Positions 1 through 9,516 are shown, counted from the stretch's first letter. The stretch: DNA of 64,000 nucleotides from Candidatus Multivorans sp. (GCA_965224025.1 OZ245033.1:1216001-1280000), one strand, 5' to 3'. A program made the numbers and translations. The notes: generated from the sequence alone by a model not told the origin.

Positions 1-105
1 AACGCCGGTACACGAAGTCGCCTGGTGGGCCGGACGCGTTCGCGGACTTGTCAGCGTTCCGACAGGCGTGCATCGGGGAGGCGCCATAGGTTCAGTCGGC
101 GCCCC

Positions 106-130
106 GCAACAATCGGGCGCGGGGAACGTA
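106..130 (+). promoter_or_regulatory. Putative ECF (SigW/RpoE-type) autoregulatory promoter
   Basis: GCAAC (106-110), 16-nt spacer, CGTA (127-130): matches the AAC-N16-CGT ECF consensus directly upstream of an ECF sigma gene. Confidence 0.5.
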
Positions 131-131
131 G

Positions 132-719
132 GTGAAGGCTGTGGAGGCAACTCGGGCGACCGACGAGGAGTTGGTGGCTGCGATTCTGGACGGCGAGGCC
201 GCCCTGTACACCGACCTCGTGCAGAGGTATCAGGGGCGCTTGGTCAATTACCTGAACCGCTTTCTCCGCAATGTCGACGAGTCGCAGGAGTTGGCCCAGG
301 AAGTGTTTCTGAAGGTCTACCGGGCCCTCGACCGTTACAACCCAAGGTACCGATTCTCGACATGGCTGTTTCGAGTGGCAAGGAACGCGGCGATCGACCT
401 GCTCCGCAAGCGGCGCCTCAAGCTGGTGCCGATGCAGCGTCTCGGCCTCGACGGAGAAACCCGGGAGAAGGAGTTTCCGAGTGAGGAGAGAGACCCCTAC
501 CGGGTGCTTCGAAATCTCGAGCGGCGCGATGCCATCGGGGCCGCGATCGACGGTCTGAAGGACGAGTACCGGGAGCTGATCCAGTTGAGGCACTTCGCTG
601 AAATGACGTACGAAGAGATCGCCGAGTTCAAGGGCATGCCCCTGGGTACGGTGAAGAACAAGTTGTTTCGCGGCCGCCGGATGCTGAAGGCCCGGTTGGC
701 CGAATACCTCACCGACTGA
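132..719 (+). CDS. ECF RNA polymerase sigma-70 factor (SigW/RpoE-like); true start may be GTG at 141
   Basis: Region 2 (ELAQEVFLKVY...FSTWLFRVARNAAID) and region 4 HTH (TYEEIAEFKGMPLGTVKNKLFRGR). Confidence 0.95.
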   Translation: MKAVEATRATDEELVAAILDGEAALYTDLVQRYQGRLVNYLNRFLRNVDESQELAQEVFLKVYRALDRYNPRYRFSTWLFRVARNAAIDLLRKRRLKLVPMQRLGLDGETREKEFPSEERDPYRVLRNLERRDAIGAAIDGLKDEYRELIQLRHFAEMTYEEIAEFKGMPLGTVKNKLFRGRRMLKARLAEYLTD

Positions 720-738
720 AGGACGGGGAGTTCTGCGG

Positions 739-1314
739 ATGACGACTTCGGAGAGAGGGATGAGCGGTTCGATGTCCGGTGCCTGTTCCCATGCCGAGTT
801 GATCGACGCCTATGTCGACGGCGCCGTGAGCGAACCCGAGCGCGCGCAGGCGAAGCGGCACCTCGTGGAGTGCGCCCAGTGCCGCGACGAGGCGCGCGGG
901 TTGGCCGCTCTGCGTGAACTCCTGGCCACGGAACGGCTCGCGCCCGAGCCGCTCGAGATCAATGTCCATGCGCCGTCGCGGGCTCGCGGGCGCAAGCCTG
1001 TGGCTGCGGCCGCTGCCCTGGTGGGGCTCTTCGGCGGCGCCCTGGCGGTGCTCGCCGGGCTGGCGCCCCAGGTCGAATCGGCGGCCGCCGCCGTGGCGAC
1101 GCTGTTCGACTTCACGGTCACCGTCGGGCTGGTCGGCGCCGGCCTGCTCGACGCCTCGTGGCGGGGGATGAGCGCGGCGGTGTCCTCGGTGCTCCAACCC
1201 GCGGCGCCCGGTCTGCTGTTCGGCGGCCTGACGGCCGCGGGCCTCACCGCGCTCCTGTTCTCCCTGCTCAGACGCGATTCCAGGGCGACGGCGCGGGAAC
1301 GGCAACGGCGCTGA
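739..1314 (+). CDS. Membrane anti-sigma factor, zf-HC2 (ZAS) type
   Basis: HLVECAQC zinc motif followed by hydrophobic segments; directly after the ECF sigma gene. Confidence 0.85.
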   Translation: MTTSERGMSGSMSGACSHAELIDAYVDGAVSEPERAQAKRHLVECAQCRDEARGLAALRELLATERLAPEPLEINVHAPSRARGRKPVAAAAALVGLFGGALAVLAGLAPQVESAAAAVATLFDFTVTVGLVGAGLLDASWRGMSAAVSSVLQPAAPGLLFGGLTAAGLTALLFSLLRRDSRATARERQRR

Positions 1315-1375
1315 CGGTCCCCGGTCGCGGCGCCTTCGCGCCGTGCCGCCATGGCGTGCGGCGCGGCCCTGACCG

Positions 1376-2374
1376 GTGCCGCCAGGGGCGCTACCGGCGC
1401 TACGATCGGCGTTCGTGACCAAACTCGCCGTGAAACGGCGGCGCCACGCCGTCCTGGGTCTTGTGGCCTGCGCCAGCTTCGCTTTCGCGGTCGCCGCCGG
1501 TTGCACGCCGCCCGAGCCGCCCGAGCCGCCCGCGGAGGGCGCCGAGGCCGCGATCGTCGTCGACGCCGAGGCGGTGATGCGGGATCAGGTCGTGGCGCTG
1601 GGGCGGGATCTGGAGCTGCACGGCGAGGCGCGCTCGGACGTCGTCGTCCTGAGCGGGGACGCCCGCATCGACGGCACGGTCGGGGGCGACGTGATCGTGC
1701 TCGGCGGCAATGTCCACCTGGGGCCGCCGGCCCGGCTGCGCGGCGACGTGTTCGTGCTGGGCGGCGAAGTGAACGCCGAGTCCGGGACCGCCGTGGAGGG
1801 CCGCACGGTGGCCTGGCCGCGGGCGCCGTCCTCGTGGCTCGTCCTCGCCGAGGGGCCGGTGATGGGCCGCTCGCCGCTGTCGCCCGCGGTGGCCATGCTC
1901 AACTTGGCGCTGCTGCTGGCCTGGTTGCTCGTGTCGGTGGCCCTGGTCTGGGGCTTCGACTCGTCGCTGACGGTGACCGCCCAGAGCGTCCTGGAACGGC
2001 CGTTCCGGAACTTCTTCGCCGGCCTGGTGGCGGTGCTCGCCGTGGGCGTGACCTTCGGCGTCCTGACCGCGGCGACGCCGGCCCTGGTTGGAGCGCCGCT
2101 GCTCGTCGTCTGTGCCGTGGCGGCCATGGTGTGCAAGCTGTGGGGCACGGTGGCGGTGTTCATGGCGCTGGGGGCGCGCCTGCTTCCGAACCGCGCGGGG
2201 ATCGCCGGCCGGCCGATGGCGGCCGTGCTCCTCGGACTCCTCGCTCTGGGTCTGGTCAAGATGGCGCCCTATCTGGGTGGATGGACCTGGACCATCGTCA
2301 CCTGCGTGGGGATCGGAGCGGCGCTGGACAGCAGGCTGGGGCGGCGTGAGCCGTGGTTTGACGGCTTGACCTGA
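1376..2374 (+). CDS. Membrane protein with bactofilin/polymer-forming beta-helix repeats (start uncertain)
   Basis: Repeated GDVxVLGG / GTVGGD units, then 4-5 TM helices; lipobox-like AAGC. Confidence 0.7.
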   Translation: MPPGALPALRSAFVTKLAVKRRRHAVLGLVACASFAFAVAAGCTPPEPPEPPAEGAEAAIVVDAEAVMRDQVVALGRDLELHGEARSDVVVLSGDARIDGTVGGDVIVLGGNVHLGPPARLRGDVFVLGGEVNAESGTAVEGRTVAWPRAPSSWLVLAEGPVMGRSPLSPAVAMLNLALLLAWLLVSVALVWGFDSSLTVTAQSVLERPFRNFFAGLVAVLAVGVTFGVLTAATPALVGAPLLVVCAVAAMVCKLWGTVAVFMALGARLLPNRAGIAGRPMAAVLLGLLALGLVKMAPYLGGWTWTIVTCVGIGAALDSRLGRREPWFDGLT

Positions 2375-2398
2375 GAACCACTGGCTGCGCCGGCCGTA

Positions 2399-2440
2399 GC
2401 GCGGGCCTTCTGGCCCGCGTCCCGGACGATGCCGCGCAGC
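2399..2440. repeat. REP-like palindrome, family 1
   Basis: GCGCGGGCCTTCTGGCCCGCGTC hairpin; tail ACGATGCCGCGCAGC shared with the copy at 29580. Confidence 0.65.
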
Positions 2441-2490
2441 GCCGCCTTCCGGGAGCCGCGAGCGACTATCAGGCGCTAGTCTCACCCGCG

Positions 2491-4326
2491 ATGTACTGCC
2501 AGGTATGCGGCACGCACAACGAGGACGACGCGGAGTACTGCCAGCGCTGCCGGCAGAAGTTGATGGTGCTCTCCGGCGCCTCCGCGCCGCCTGCGGAGTC
2601 GCTGGATGTCGGCGGCGAGGAGTTCTCGTTCGACGAGCACCTGCTGGAACGGATCTCGATCCTGGAGGAGGTGCTCAAACGCACGGGCGAAACCGTGCAG
2701 AAGGTTCTGAGCGCCATGCACCGGCAGGAGGAGAGCATTCTCGTCCACCACGCCGGCATGCTTGCGCTTCGCGATCTTCTTGAACGCCAGGAGCTGATCG
2801 AGGCGGCCGAGTGGAGCGATCTCTGGGAGTCCAAGATGGACTACCAATTCCTGGTGCTTGAGAAGCGGGAGCGGTTCGCGGCCGTCAAGGACCGGATCCT
2901 CGGGCTCTACGAGGGTCGGCGTCGCGCCGCCTTCGAACAGCTTCTCGACGAGGCGGAGTTTGCTCTGGGCGGCCTCGACCTGGCCAAGGCGATGGAAGCC
3001 CTCGAGAAGGCGGCCGCTGTCGACCGGGGCAATTTCGAACTGGCGCACTTCCTTGGTGAGTCCCACTTCCAGGAGGGACGCCTGGAGCGGGCGCTCGACT
3101 ACTGGCGCCGCGTGCTGGCGACCAAGCCGGACCATGTCCAGGGTCTGGTGTATAGCGGCGTGATTCGTCTTCAGCAGGGTGAAGAACAACGCGGCCAGGA
3201 ACTGCTGGAGCAGGCGGTGGTCCTCCATCAGGACGCCTTCCTGCCGCACTTCTGCCTCGGGGCGTCGCTGGCGGGCCGGGGCCAGTTGAAGTCGGCGGTG
3301 GCTTACCTGGAGCGCGCGGTCGAGATCGACGGGGTGCCGCAGGCGCTCTACCTGCTCGGCCGCTGCCGCTACGAGATGGGCCGGCTCGCGCCGGCGATCG
3401 AGTCGCTGGCGCAGGCGGTCCAGGTTGACCCGCTGTTCGAGGAATGCCACCACCTCCTCGGTCTCTGCTACCTGGACCGGGGCTGGAACCGCAAGGCCCT
3501 GACCGCGTTCCGCACCGCTCAGCAACTGAACCCGCGGCGGATGCGCTACCGCGATCTGGTCGCCTACCTCTCGGGCCGGACCGGTGCTGAGCTGCCGGCG
3601 ACCAGTCCGGCGGCTGCCGACTGGGTGAGCCGCGGCGAGGAGGCGATCGGCGCCGGCGACACGGCGGAGGCGCTGCGTTGCTACCGCAAGGCGCTCGCGC
3701 TCGATCCGGACAATCCGACCCTGCTGATGACCTACGCCCTGGCGTGCCTCCGGCTCGACCGCGGTCAGGAGATCGGTCAATTGACTCAGCGCGTGCTCGA
3801 TTCCGATGCCGGCGAGATGCTGCGCGCGACGGCCTACGCAACCCTGATCGAGTCTCTGCGCAGCGAGGGGAAGTACCGGGAGGGAAACAAGGTCGGACGC
3901 CGGCTGCTGGACGAAGGCGGGTCGAATTTCTCGAAGAGCATCGCCTACTACGAGATGGCCTACAACCTGGCCGAGATGGGCGAGGACCTGGACAAGGCCC
4001 TCGACTTCGCGCGCCGGTCCCTGGAGCACGCGCCGGAGGAGTTGCGTCAGTTTCCGCTCGCCGCGCTGGGCTGGGTCCACTACAAGCGCCAGGAGCTGGA
4101 TGAGGCGATCGACTTCCTGTCGCAGTCGACCGAGCTCGGACCGTCGACGACGGTGCTCACCCGGCTGGGCATGGCGCTGCTGGCATCCGGCGACGAGGAT
4201 CGGGCCCGCGGCGTGCTGGCCCGGGCACGCCGGCTCGACGATCGCCGTGGCGCGATCGAAGAGCGGATGATGGAGTTCATGAAAGACTCCGCGCGGATCA
4301 TCGAACGCGTGCGCGGTCGCGCCTAG
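2491..4326 (+). CDS. TPR-repeat protein with N-terminal zinc ribbon
   Basis: CQVCG...CQRC N-terminus; many TPR-like helical repeats. Confidence 0.85.
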   Translation: MYCQVCGTHNEDDAEYCQRCRQKLMVLSGASAPPAESLDVGGEEFSFDEHLLERISILEEVLKRTGETVQKVLSAMHRQEESILVHHAGMLALRDLLERQELIEAAEWSDLWESKMDYQFLVLEKRERFAAVKDRILGLYEGRRRAAFEQLLDEAEFALGGLDLAKAMEALEKAAAVDRGNFELAHFLGESHFQEGRLERALDYWRRVLATKPDHVQGLVYSGVIRLQQGEEQRGQELLEQAVVLHQDAFLPHFCLGASLAGRGQLKSAVAYLERAVEIDGVPQALYLLGRCRYEMGRLAPAIESLAQAVQVDPLFEECHHLLGLCYLDRGWNRKALTAFRTAQQLNPRRMRYRDLVAYLSGRTGAELPATSPAAADWVSRGEEAIGAGDTAEALRCYRKALALDPDNPTLLMTYALACLRLDRGQEIGQLTQRVLDSDAGEMLRATAYATLIESLRSEGKYREGNKVGRRLLDEGGSNFSKSIAYYEMAYNLAEMGEDLDKALDFARRSLEHAPEELRQFPLAALGWVHYKRQELDEAIDFLSQSTELGPSTTVLTRLGMALLASGDEDRARGVLARARRLDDRRGAIEERMMEFMKDSARIIERVRGRA

Positions 4327-4350
4327 GAGCGTGCGCGGCAGAACTCCGGA

Positions 4351-4396
4351 GACCGGCGCTTCGCGCCGGATGCGGGCAGGATGCCCGCGTCCCCAG
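4351..4396. repeat. REP-like palindrome, family 1
   Basis: GACCGGCGCTTCGCGCCGGATGCGGGCAGGATGCCCGCGTCCCCAG, close to 41270-41316. Confidence 0.7.
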
Positions 4397-4458
4397 GTCA
4401 GATCGTTCTACCGCGCACGCGCCTAGCTGCTCCCGTACCGAACCGACCCGGCAAGACG

Positions 4459-6183
4459 ATGCGTTGGAGCAACTACTACCTGATCACTGCCCGCGAGGCG
4501 CCCCGGGACGCCGAGGTCGTCAGCCACCGGTTGATGGCCCGGGCAGGCCTGCTACGGCGACTGGCGGCGGGGATCTACACGCTGCAGCCGGCCGGTTGGC
4601 GGACGCTGCGCAAGCTGATGGCGATCGTCCGGCGCGAGATGGAGCGGGCCGGCGCGATCGAACTGTCGATGCCGGCGATCCAGCCCGCCGAGCTGTGGGA
4701 GGAGTCCGAACGCTGGTCCAAGTACGGGGTGGAGCTCCTGCGGATGGAGGACCGGCATGGCCGGCGGTTCTGCTTCGGTCCGACCCACGAGGAGGTGGTC
4801 ACCGATCTCGTCCGGCGCGACGTGAAGAGCTACCGCCAGTTGCCGATCAACCTGTTCCAGATCCAGACCAAGTTCAGGGACGAGATCCGGCCCCGCTTCG
4901 GGCTCATGCGGGGCCGCGAGTTCCTGATGAAGGACGCCTACTCGTTCGACACGGCGGAGGACAGTCTCGACCGGAGCTACCGGGCGATGCACGCCGCCTA
5001 CACGCGCATCTTCGAGGCCTGCGGTCTCGAGTACTCCGTGGTCGAAGCGGACTCCGGGACGATCGGCGGTTCGTCGTCGCACGAGTTCATGGTGCTCGCC
5101 GACACGGGTGAGAGCGCGGTCGCCAGTTGCGCCGCCTGCGGCTACGGCGCGAACGTGGAGCGGGCGGAGGTCGGCGAGCTCCCCGTGCCGGCCGCGAACG
5201 GCGGCGAGGCCCCGAGGGAGGTCACGACGCCGGGAACGACGACGGTGGCGCAGGTTGCCGAACTGCTCGAAGTCGAGCCGGCGCAGGTGGTCAAGACGCT
5301 GTTCTACGAGACGGACGACGGCCTGGCGGCGGTCGCGATCCGGGGCGACCGCGAGGTGAATGAGGTCAAGCTGCTGAACATTCTCGGCGGCCTCGGCCTG
5401 CGCCTGGCGACGGCCGAGCAGGTGGAGGCGGTGACCGGCGGTCCGCTCGGCTTCTCGGGTCCGGTCGGCCTTCCCGCCGACGTGCGCCTGATGGTCGATG
5501 AGTCGGCCCGTCCCCTGGCCGGCTTCGTCTGCGGCGCCAACCAGGGCGACCGGCACCTCGCCTCCGTGCGCTGGGACCGCGACGTGGCGAGCACGCGGCC
5601 GGTCGAGTGGGTGGACGTGATGACCGCCGCCCACGGCGATCCGTGCCCGCGCTGCAGCGCCGGCGAGCTGCGGCTCTCCCGCGGCATCGAGGTCGGCCAC
5701 ATCTTCAAGCTGGGCACGACCTACTCCGAGAAGATGAACTGCACCTTCACGGACGAGCACGGCCGCCTCCAACCGATGGAAATGGGCTGCTACGGCCTGG
5801 GTATCGGTCGCACCGCGGCGGCGGCGATCGAACAGGGCCACGACCGCGACGGCATCATCTGGCCCGAACCCTTGGCGCCGTTCAGGGTCGTTCTCAGTTC
5901 CCTCGATCCGGGCGACGAAGCGGTGCGCTCGGCCGCCGACGCGCTCTACGAGGAACTCGTGGACAAGCTCGGTCCGGCCGGTTTCGACGTGCTCTACGAC
6001 GACCGCGCGGAACGGCCGGGCGTCAAGTTCAAGGACGCCGACCTGGTGGGCTTCCCGGTCCGGATCGTGGTCGGCGCGCGCTCCCTCGCGACCGGTGGCG
6101 CCGAGGTCTCGAACCGGCGCGACGGCGAGCGCGAGGTGGTTGCGTTGGACGAGGTCTGCGAGGCTGTCCTCGGTCGGTTGTAG
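4459..6183 (+). CDS. proS: Proline--tRNA ligase
   Basis: GPTHEE, FRDEIRPRFGLMRGREFLMKDAYSF, GIEVGHIFKLG, MGCYGLG; INS editing domain present. Confidence 0.97.
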   Translation: MRWSNYYLITAREAPRDAEVVSHRLMARAGLLRRLAAGIYTLQPAGWRTLRKLMAIVRREMERAGAIELSMPAIQPAELWEESERWSKYGVELLRMEDRHGRRFCFGPTHEEVVTDLVRRDVKSYRQLPINLFQIQTKFRDEIRPRFGLMRGREFLMKDAYSFDTAEDSLDRSYRAMHAAYTRIFEACGLEYSVVEADSGTIGGSSSHEFMVLADTGESAVASCAACGYGANVERAEVGELPVPAANGGEAPREVTTPGTTTVAQVAELLEVEPAQVVKTLFYETDDGLAAVAIRGDREVNEVKLLNILGGLGLRLATAEQVEAVTGGPLGFSGPVGLPADVRLMVDESARPLAGFVCGANQGDRHLASVRWDRDVASTRPVEWVDVMTAAHGDPCPRCSAGELRLSRGIEVGHIFKLGTTYSEKMNCTFTDEHGRLQPMEMGCYGLGIGRTAAAAIEQGHDRDGIIWPEPLAPFRVVLSSLDPGDEAVRSAADALYEELVDKLGPAGFDVLYDDRAERPGVKFKDADLVGFPVRIVVGARSLATGGAEVSNRRDGEREVVALDEVCEAVLGRL

Positions 6184-6226
6184 CGGGAGGGCTGGGCCTC
6201 GGGCGCTACCGAGGAATCCCGGAACC

Positions 6227-6341
6227 GGAACCGGGGGTCGGAAGACCCCCGGCCACCGGCTAGCCATCTTCTTCGGCTGGCTCCACCCGCAACGCAACAA
6301 TCCGGTTCCCCGTGACCGGGGGTCTTCCGACCCCCGGCTCC
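6227..6341. repeat. Inverted pair of REP-like hairpins, family 2 (BIME-like)
   Basis: GGAACCGGGGGTCGGAAGACCCCCGGCCAC (6227-6256) and its near reverse complement (6312-6341) between convergent genes. Confidence 0.7.
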
Positions 6342-6345
6342 GGCT

Positions 6346-7695
6346 TCAGCCGTCGTCCTCCGCCAACTCCGGCATCACATCAACCCGCAACGCGACAATC
6401 CGGTTCCCCTCCACCTCCAACACCTCCAGCCGGAGCCGCCCGGCTTCGACGGCGTCGCCCGGTTCGGCGGTGCGGCCGAGTTCGGAGAGCGCGATGCCGG
6501 CCACGGTGTCCTCCTCGCGCGCATCGGCGATGTCGATCTCCAGTTCATCCTCGAGGTCGTCGATCAGCATCGCCCCGAGGACCTTGTAGCCGCCGTCGTC
6601 GAGGCGAACGAACTCGGGAACCTCGGCGTCGAACTCGTCCTGGATCTCGCCCACGATCTCCTCCAGGACGTTCTCCAGTGTGACGATGCCGGCAACGCCG
6701 CCGTACTCGTCCACGACTGCCACCATGTGGATGTGCTCATGGCGCATCCGGCCCATCAACTGATCCAGCGGCAGGGTCTCGGGCACGGCGAAGGTCTCGC
6801 GGGCGATGTCGCGTAGCGATGCCGGCGGATCCTCGGCGATGAACAGGTCCTTGATGTGGACCAGGCCGATCAGTTGGTCGAGGTCGACCTCGCAGAGCGG
6901 AAAGCGGGTATGGCCGCTCTGGCGTGCGCGGTCGAGATTCGCCTCCATCGAGGCGGTGGCGTCAAGGTAGACGACTTCGGTGCGGGGCACCATCACTTGG
7001 CGGGCGTTGCGGTCGGAGAGCTCGAACACGTTGTCGAGCAGTTCCCGCTTGGGCTCGGAGAGCTCGGTGTCCTGCTCGGAGGCGAGCAGTCGACGGATCT
7101 CCTCCTCGCTGTGGGCCAGTTCGCCGTGGCCCACCGGTTCGATGCCGAACAGGCGCAGGAAGGCGTTCGCCATCAAGTTCAGTACCCAGATCCCCGGGTA
7201 GGTGGCCCAGTAGAAGGCCCAGAGCGGTAGCGCCACCCACAGGCTGGTGGGCTCGGGCCTGCGAATCGCCAGTGACTTCGGCGCCAGTTCGCCGAGCACG
7301 ATGTGGAACATGCTGATGATCGCGAAGGCGACGATCAGGCTGATCGAGTGAGCCGCCTCCTCCGGCATGCTCGGCACGAGATCGAACACGGGCTGGAGGA
7401 GCCTGTTAACCGCCGGTTCACCGACGACTCCGAGACCGATGCTGGCGAGGGTGATACCGAGCTGGGTAGCCGACAGGTAGGCGTCGAGATGATCGATCAT
7501 TCGCTGCGCCATGCGACCCCGGAGCGTGTCCAGGTGTGCAGCGACCTGGGTCGGTCGGACCTTCACCAGCGCGAACTCGGCGGCGACGAAGAAGCCGTTC
7601 AAGCCGACCAGGAAGATGGCGAGGGTCAGGCCCCAGCCGAGGGGAAGGTCGAGGCTGATGGGCGGCCCGGTCGCCGCCAGGACGCCTGGCATCAT
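6346..7695 (-). CDS. HlyC/CorC (CNNM/DUF21-CBS-CorC) family transporter
   Basis: NGFFVAAEFALV, GELAPKS, SGHTRFP, VVDEYGGVAGIVTLENVLEEIVGEIQDEFD. Confidence 0.93.
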   Translation of the reverse strand: MMPGVLAATGPPISLDLPLGWGLTLAIFLVGLNGFFVAAEFALVKVRPTQVAAHLDTLRGRMAQRMIDHLDAYLSATQLGITLASIGLGVVGEPAVNRLLQPVFDLVPSMPEEAAHSISLIVAFAIISMFHIVLGELAPKSLAIRRPEPTSLWVALPLWAFYWATYPGIWVLNLMANAFLRLFGIEPVGHGELAHSEEEIRRLLASEQDTELSEPKRELLDNVFELSDRNARQVMVPRTEVVYLDATASMEANLDRARQSGHTRFPLCEVDLDQLIGLVHIKDLFIAEDPPASLRDIARETFAVPETLPLDQLMGRMRHEHIHMVAVVDEYGGVAGIVTLENVLEEIVGEIQDEFDAEVPEFVRLDDGGYKVLGAMLIDDLEDELEIDIADAREEDTVAGIALSELGRTAEPGDAVEAGRLRLEVLEVEGNRIVALRVDVMPELAEDDG

Positions 7696-7872
7696 CCGCG
7701 CTCAGCCCGAGGGCCGGCAAGGGGCCGCTGCCGTGAAGATGACGAGTCAGGCCGCGGCGAGCCGCGCTGATCGGAGTCCGGGTCGGGTTCGTCCGGACTG
7801 GAGCCGGATGGCGAAGGATCCGAAGCTTCGTCGTTCACGCTTGGAAAGCCTAGCACCCGGTGACTTGCGGCG

Positions 7873-9135
7873 TTAGTCGTGCCAGATCTGGGGTTCGCCC
7901 TGTCGCCGGACGTGGAGGCCGGCGGCCGCGATCGCCTCGATCAACTCTTGCACGTGCTTCGGGCCGCGCGTCTCCAGGCGCAGCTCGATGTGCACCTCGT
8001 TCAGGCCGAGGGCGGTGAAGGCGCGTTCGTGATGGGTCTCGATCACGTTGGCGCCGGTATCGCCGACCAGGTTGAGCAGCGCGCCCAGGGCGCCGGGCCG
8101 ATCCTTGACGCAGACATCGAGCTGCACCAGGCGACCGTCCTTGGTCAGGCCGCGCTCGATGATGCGGCTGAGCAGGGTGACGTCGATGTTGCCGCCAGTC
8201 AGGACCATCGCTGTCCGGAGTCCCTTTGCCTGCGGCACGTGGTCGTTGACGACGGCGGCCAGGACGGCGGCGCCGGCGCCCTCGACCACCGCCTTCTCGC
8301 GCTCGAGGAGCAGCAGCACGGCGTTGGCGATCTCCTCCTCGTCCACGGTCACCAGGTCGTCGACGAGTTCCTCGACCAGCTTGAGGGTCATGGCGGCCGG
8401 GCGCTTGACCGCGATGCCGTCGGCGATCGTGTGGCGGCGGTCGACGGCCACCGGCCCGCCGGCGGCGAGGCTCTCCCTCATCGACGGTACGGCCTCGGTC
8501 TGCACGCCGATGATCCGGGTTTGCGGCCGGTGCGCCTTGTACGCGGCGGCGATACCGGAGATCAGGCCGCCGCCCCCGACCGGCACCACGATGGCCTCGA
8601 GGTCGGGCTCCTGGGCCATCAGTTCGAAGCCGATCGTGCCTTGCCCGGCGATCACCTGGGCGTCGTCGAACGGATGCACGTAGGTCGCTCCGAGTTCCGC
8701 TTCCAGTTCGTGCGCGTGGGCCTGGGCATCGTCGAACGTCTCCCCGGCCAGCCGCACGTCGGCGCCGAAGCTGCGCGTGTTCGCGACCTTGATCAGCGGT
8801 GTCGGCAACGGCATGACCACGGTCGCTTCAAGTCCGAGCCGGCCGGCGTGGTAGGCGACCGCCTGCCCGTGGTTGCCGGCGGAGGCGGTGATCAGGCCCC
8901 GCTTCAGCTCCTCTTCGGAAAGTGTGAGGATGCGGTTCAGCGCCCCCCGCTCCTTGAACGAGCCGGTCATCTGGAGGTTCTCGAGCTTGAAGTAGGCGTC
9001 GAGACCGCAGAGCCGGGAGAAGTACTCCGACCGGGCGCATGGGCTGACGTAGACCTGATCGGCGATCCGCCTCCGCGCCTCTTCGATCAGCTCCGCCATC
9101 TGGAAAGCAGTCGTCATCGCCCGATTCTGCAACAA
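7873..9135 (-). CDS. ilvA: Threonine ammonia-lyase with C-terminal ACT domain
   Basis: PLP lysine motif ENLQMTGSFKERGA, SAGNH, PVGGGGL; ACT motif DRPGAL. Confidence 0.92.
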   Translation of the reverse strand: MLQNRAMTTAFQMAELIEEARRRIADQVYVSPCARSEYFSRLCGLDAYFKLENLQMTGSFKERGALNRILTLSEEELKRGLITASAGNHGQAVAYHAGRLGLEATVVMPLPTPLIKVANTRSFGADVRLAGETFDDAQAHAHELEAELGATYVHPFDDAQVIAGQGTIGFELMAQEPDLEAIVVPVGGGGLISGIAAAYKAHRPQTRIIGVQTEAVPSMRESLAAGGPVAVDRRHTIADGIAVKRPAAMTLKLVEELVDDLVTVDEEEIANAVLLLLEREKAVVEGAGAAVLAAVVNDHVPQAKGLRTAMVLTGGNIDVTLLSRIIERGLTKDGRLVQLDVCVKDRPGALGALLNLVGDTGANVIETHHERAFTALGLNEVHIELRLETRGPKHVQELIEAIAAAGLHVRRQGEPQIWHD

Positions 9136-9205
9136 AGCGGCTGCCGGGTCGTGTTCCGAAGGCGCCGGCGCGGCGCTCCGACGCGGCGACGCGGCGTCCC
9201 TTACG

Positions 9206-9235
9206 TTGACACGGCAACTGTCCCCTTTGTACCGT
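9206..9235 (+). promoter_or_regulatory. Putative sigma-70 promoter of the tRNA-Val/thrS unit
   Basis: TTGACA at 9206, TACCGT at 9230, followed by a GC-rich discriminator-like stretch. Confidence 0.45.
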
Positions 9236-9282
9236 TGCGCCTTCTCGCGGCGGCCATTGCCGGCTACTCGGTCGCGGGGTTC

Positions 9283-9359
9283 AGGCCCGTAGCTCAGTTG
9301 GTTAGAGCGCTACGTTGACATCGTAGAGGTCAGCGGTTCGAGTCCGCTCGGGCCTACCA
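9283..9359 (+). tRNA. tRNA-Val(GAC)
   Basis: Acceptor stem AGGCCCG/CGGGCCT, anticodon arm CTACG-TTGACAT-CGTAG, GGTTCGAGTCC T-loop, encoded CCA. Confidence 0.97.
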
Positions 9360-9360
9360 G

Positions 9361-9413
9361 GGTTCGAGTCCGCTCGAACTGCACCAAGGTTCGAGCTTGC
9401 TCGGACCTCCGCA
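9361..9413 (+). repeat. Two degenerate tandem copies of the tRNA T-arm/3' end
   Basis: GGTTCGAGTCCGCTCGAACTGCACCA (9361) and GGTTCGAGCTTGCTCGGACCTCCGCA (9388) echo tRNA positions 9335-9359. Confidence 0.8.
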
Positions 9414-9439
9414 GACATGGGCCGTTCGGTCTGTGACTC

Positions 9440-9516
9440 AGGCGCTTAGCTCAGTTGGTTAGAGCGCTACCTTCACACGGTAGAGGTCAGCGGTTCGAGT
9501 CCGCTAGCGCCTACCA
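9440..9516 (+). tRNA. tRNA-Val(CAC)
   Basis: Acceptor stem AGGCGCT/AGCGCCT, anticodon arm CTACC-TTCACAC-GGTAG, encoded CCA. Confidence 0.97.

Noticed and set aside
9335-9413. Possible mini CRISPR array
   Set aside because: Units abut with no spacers and derive from the tRNA T-arm
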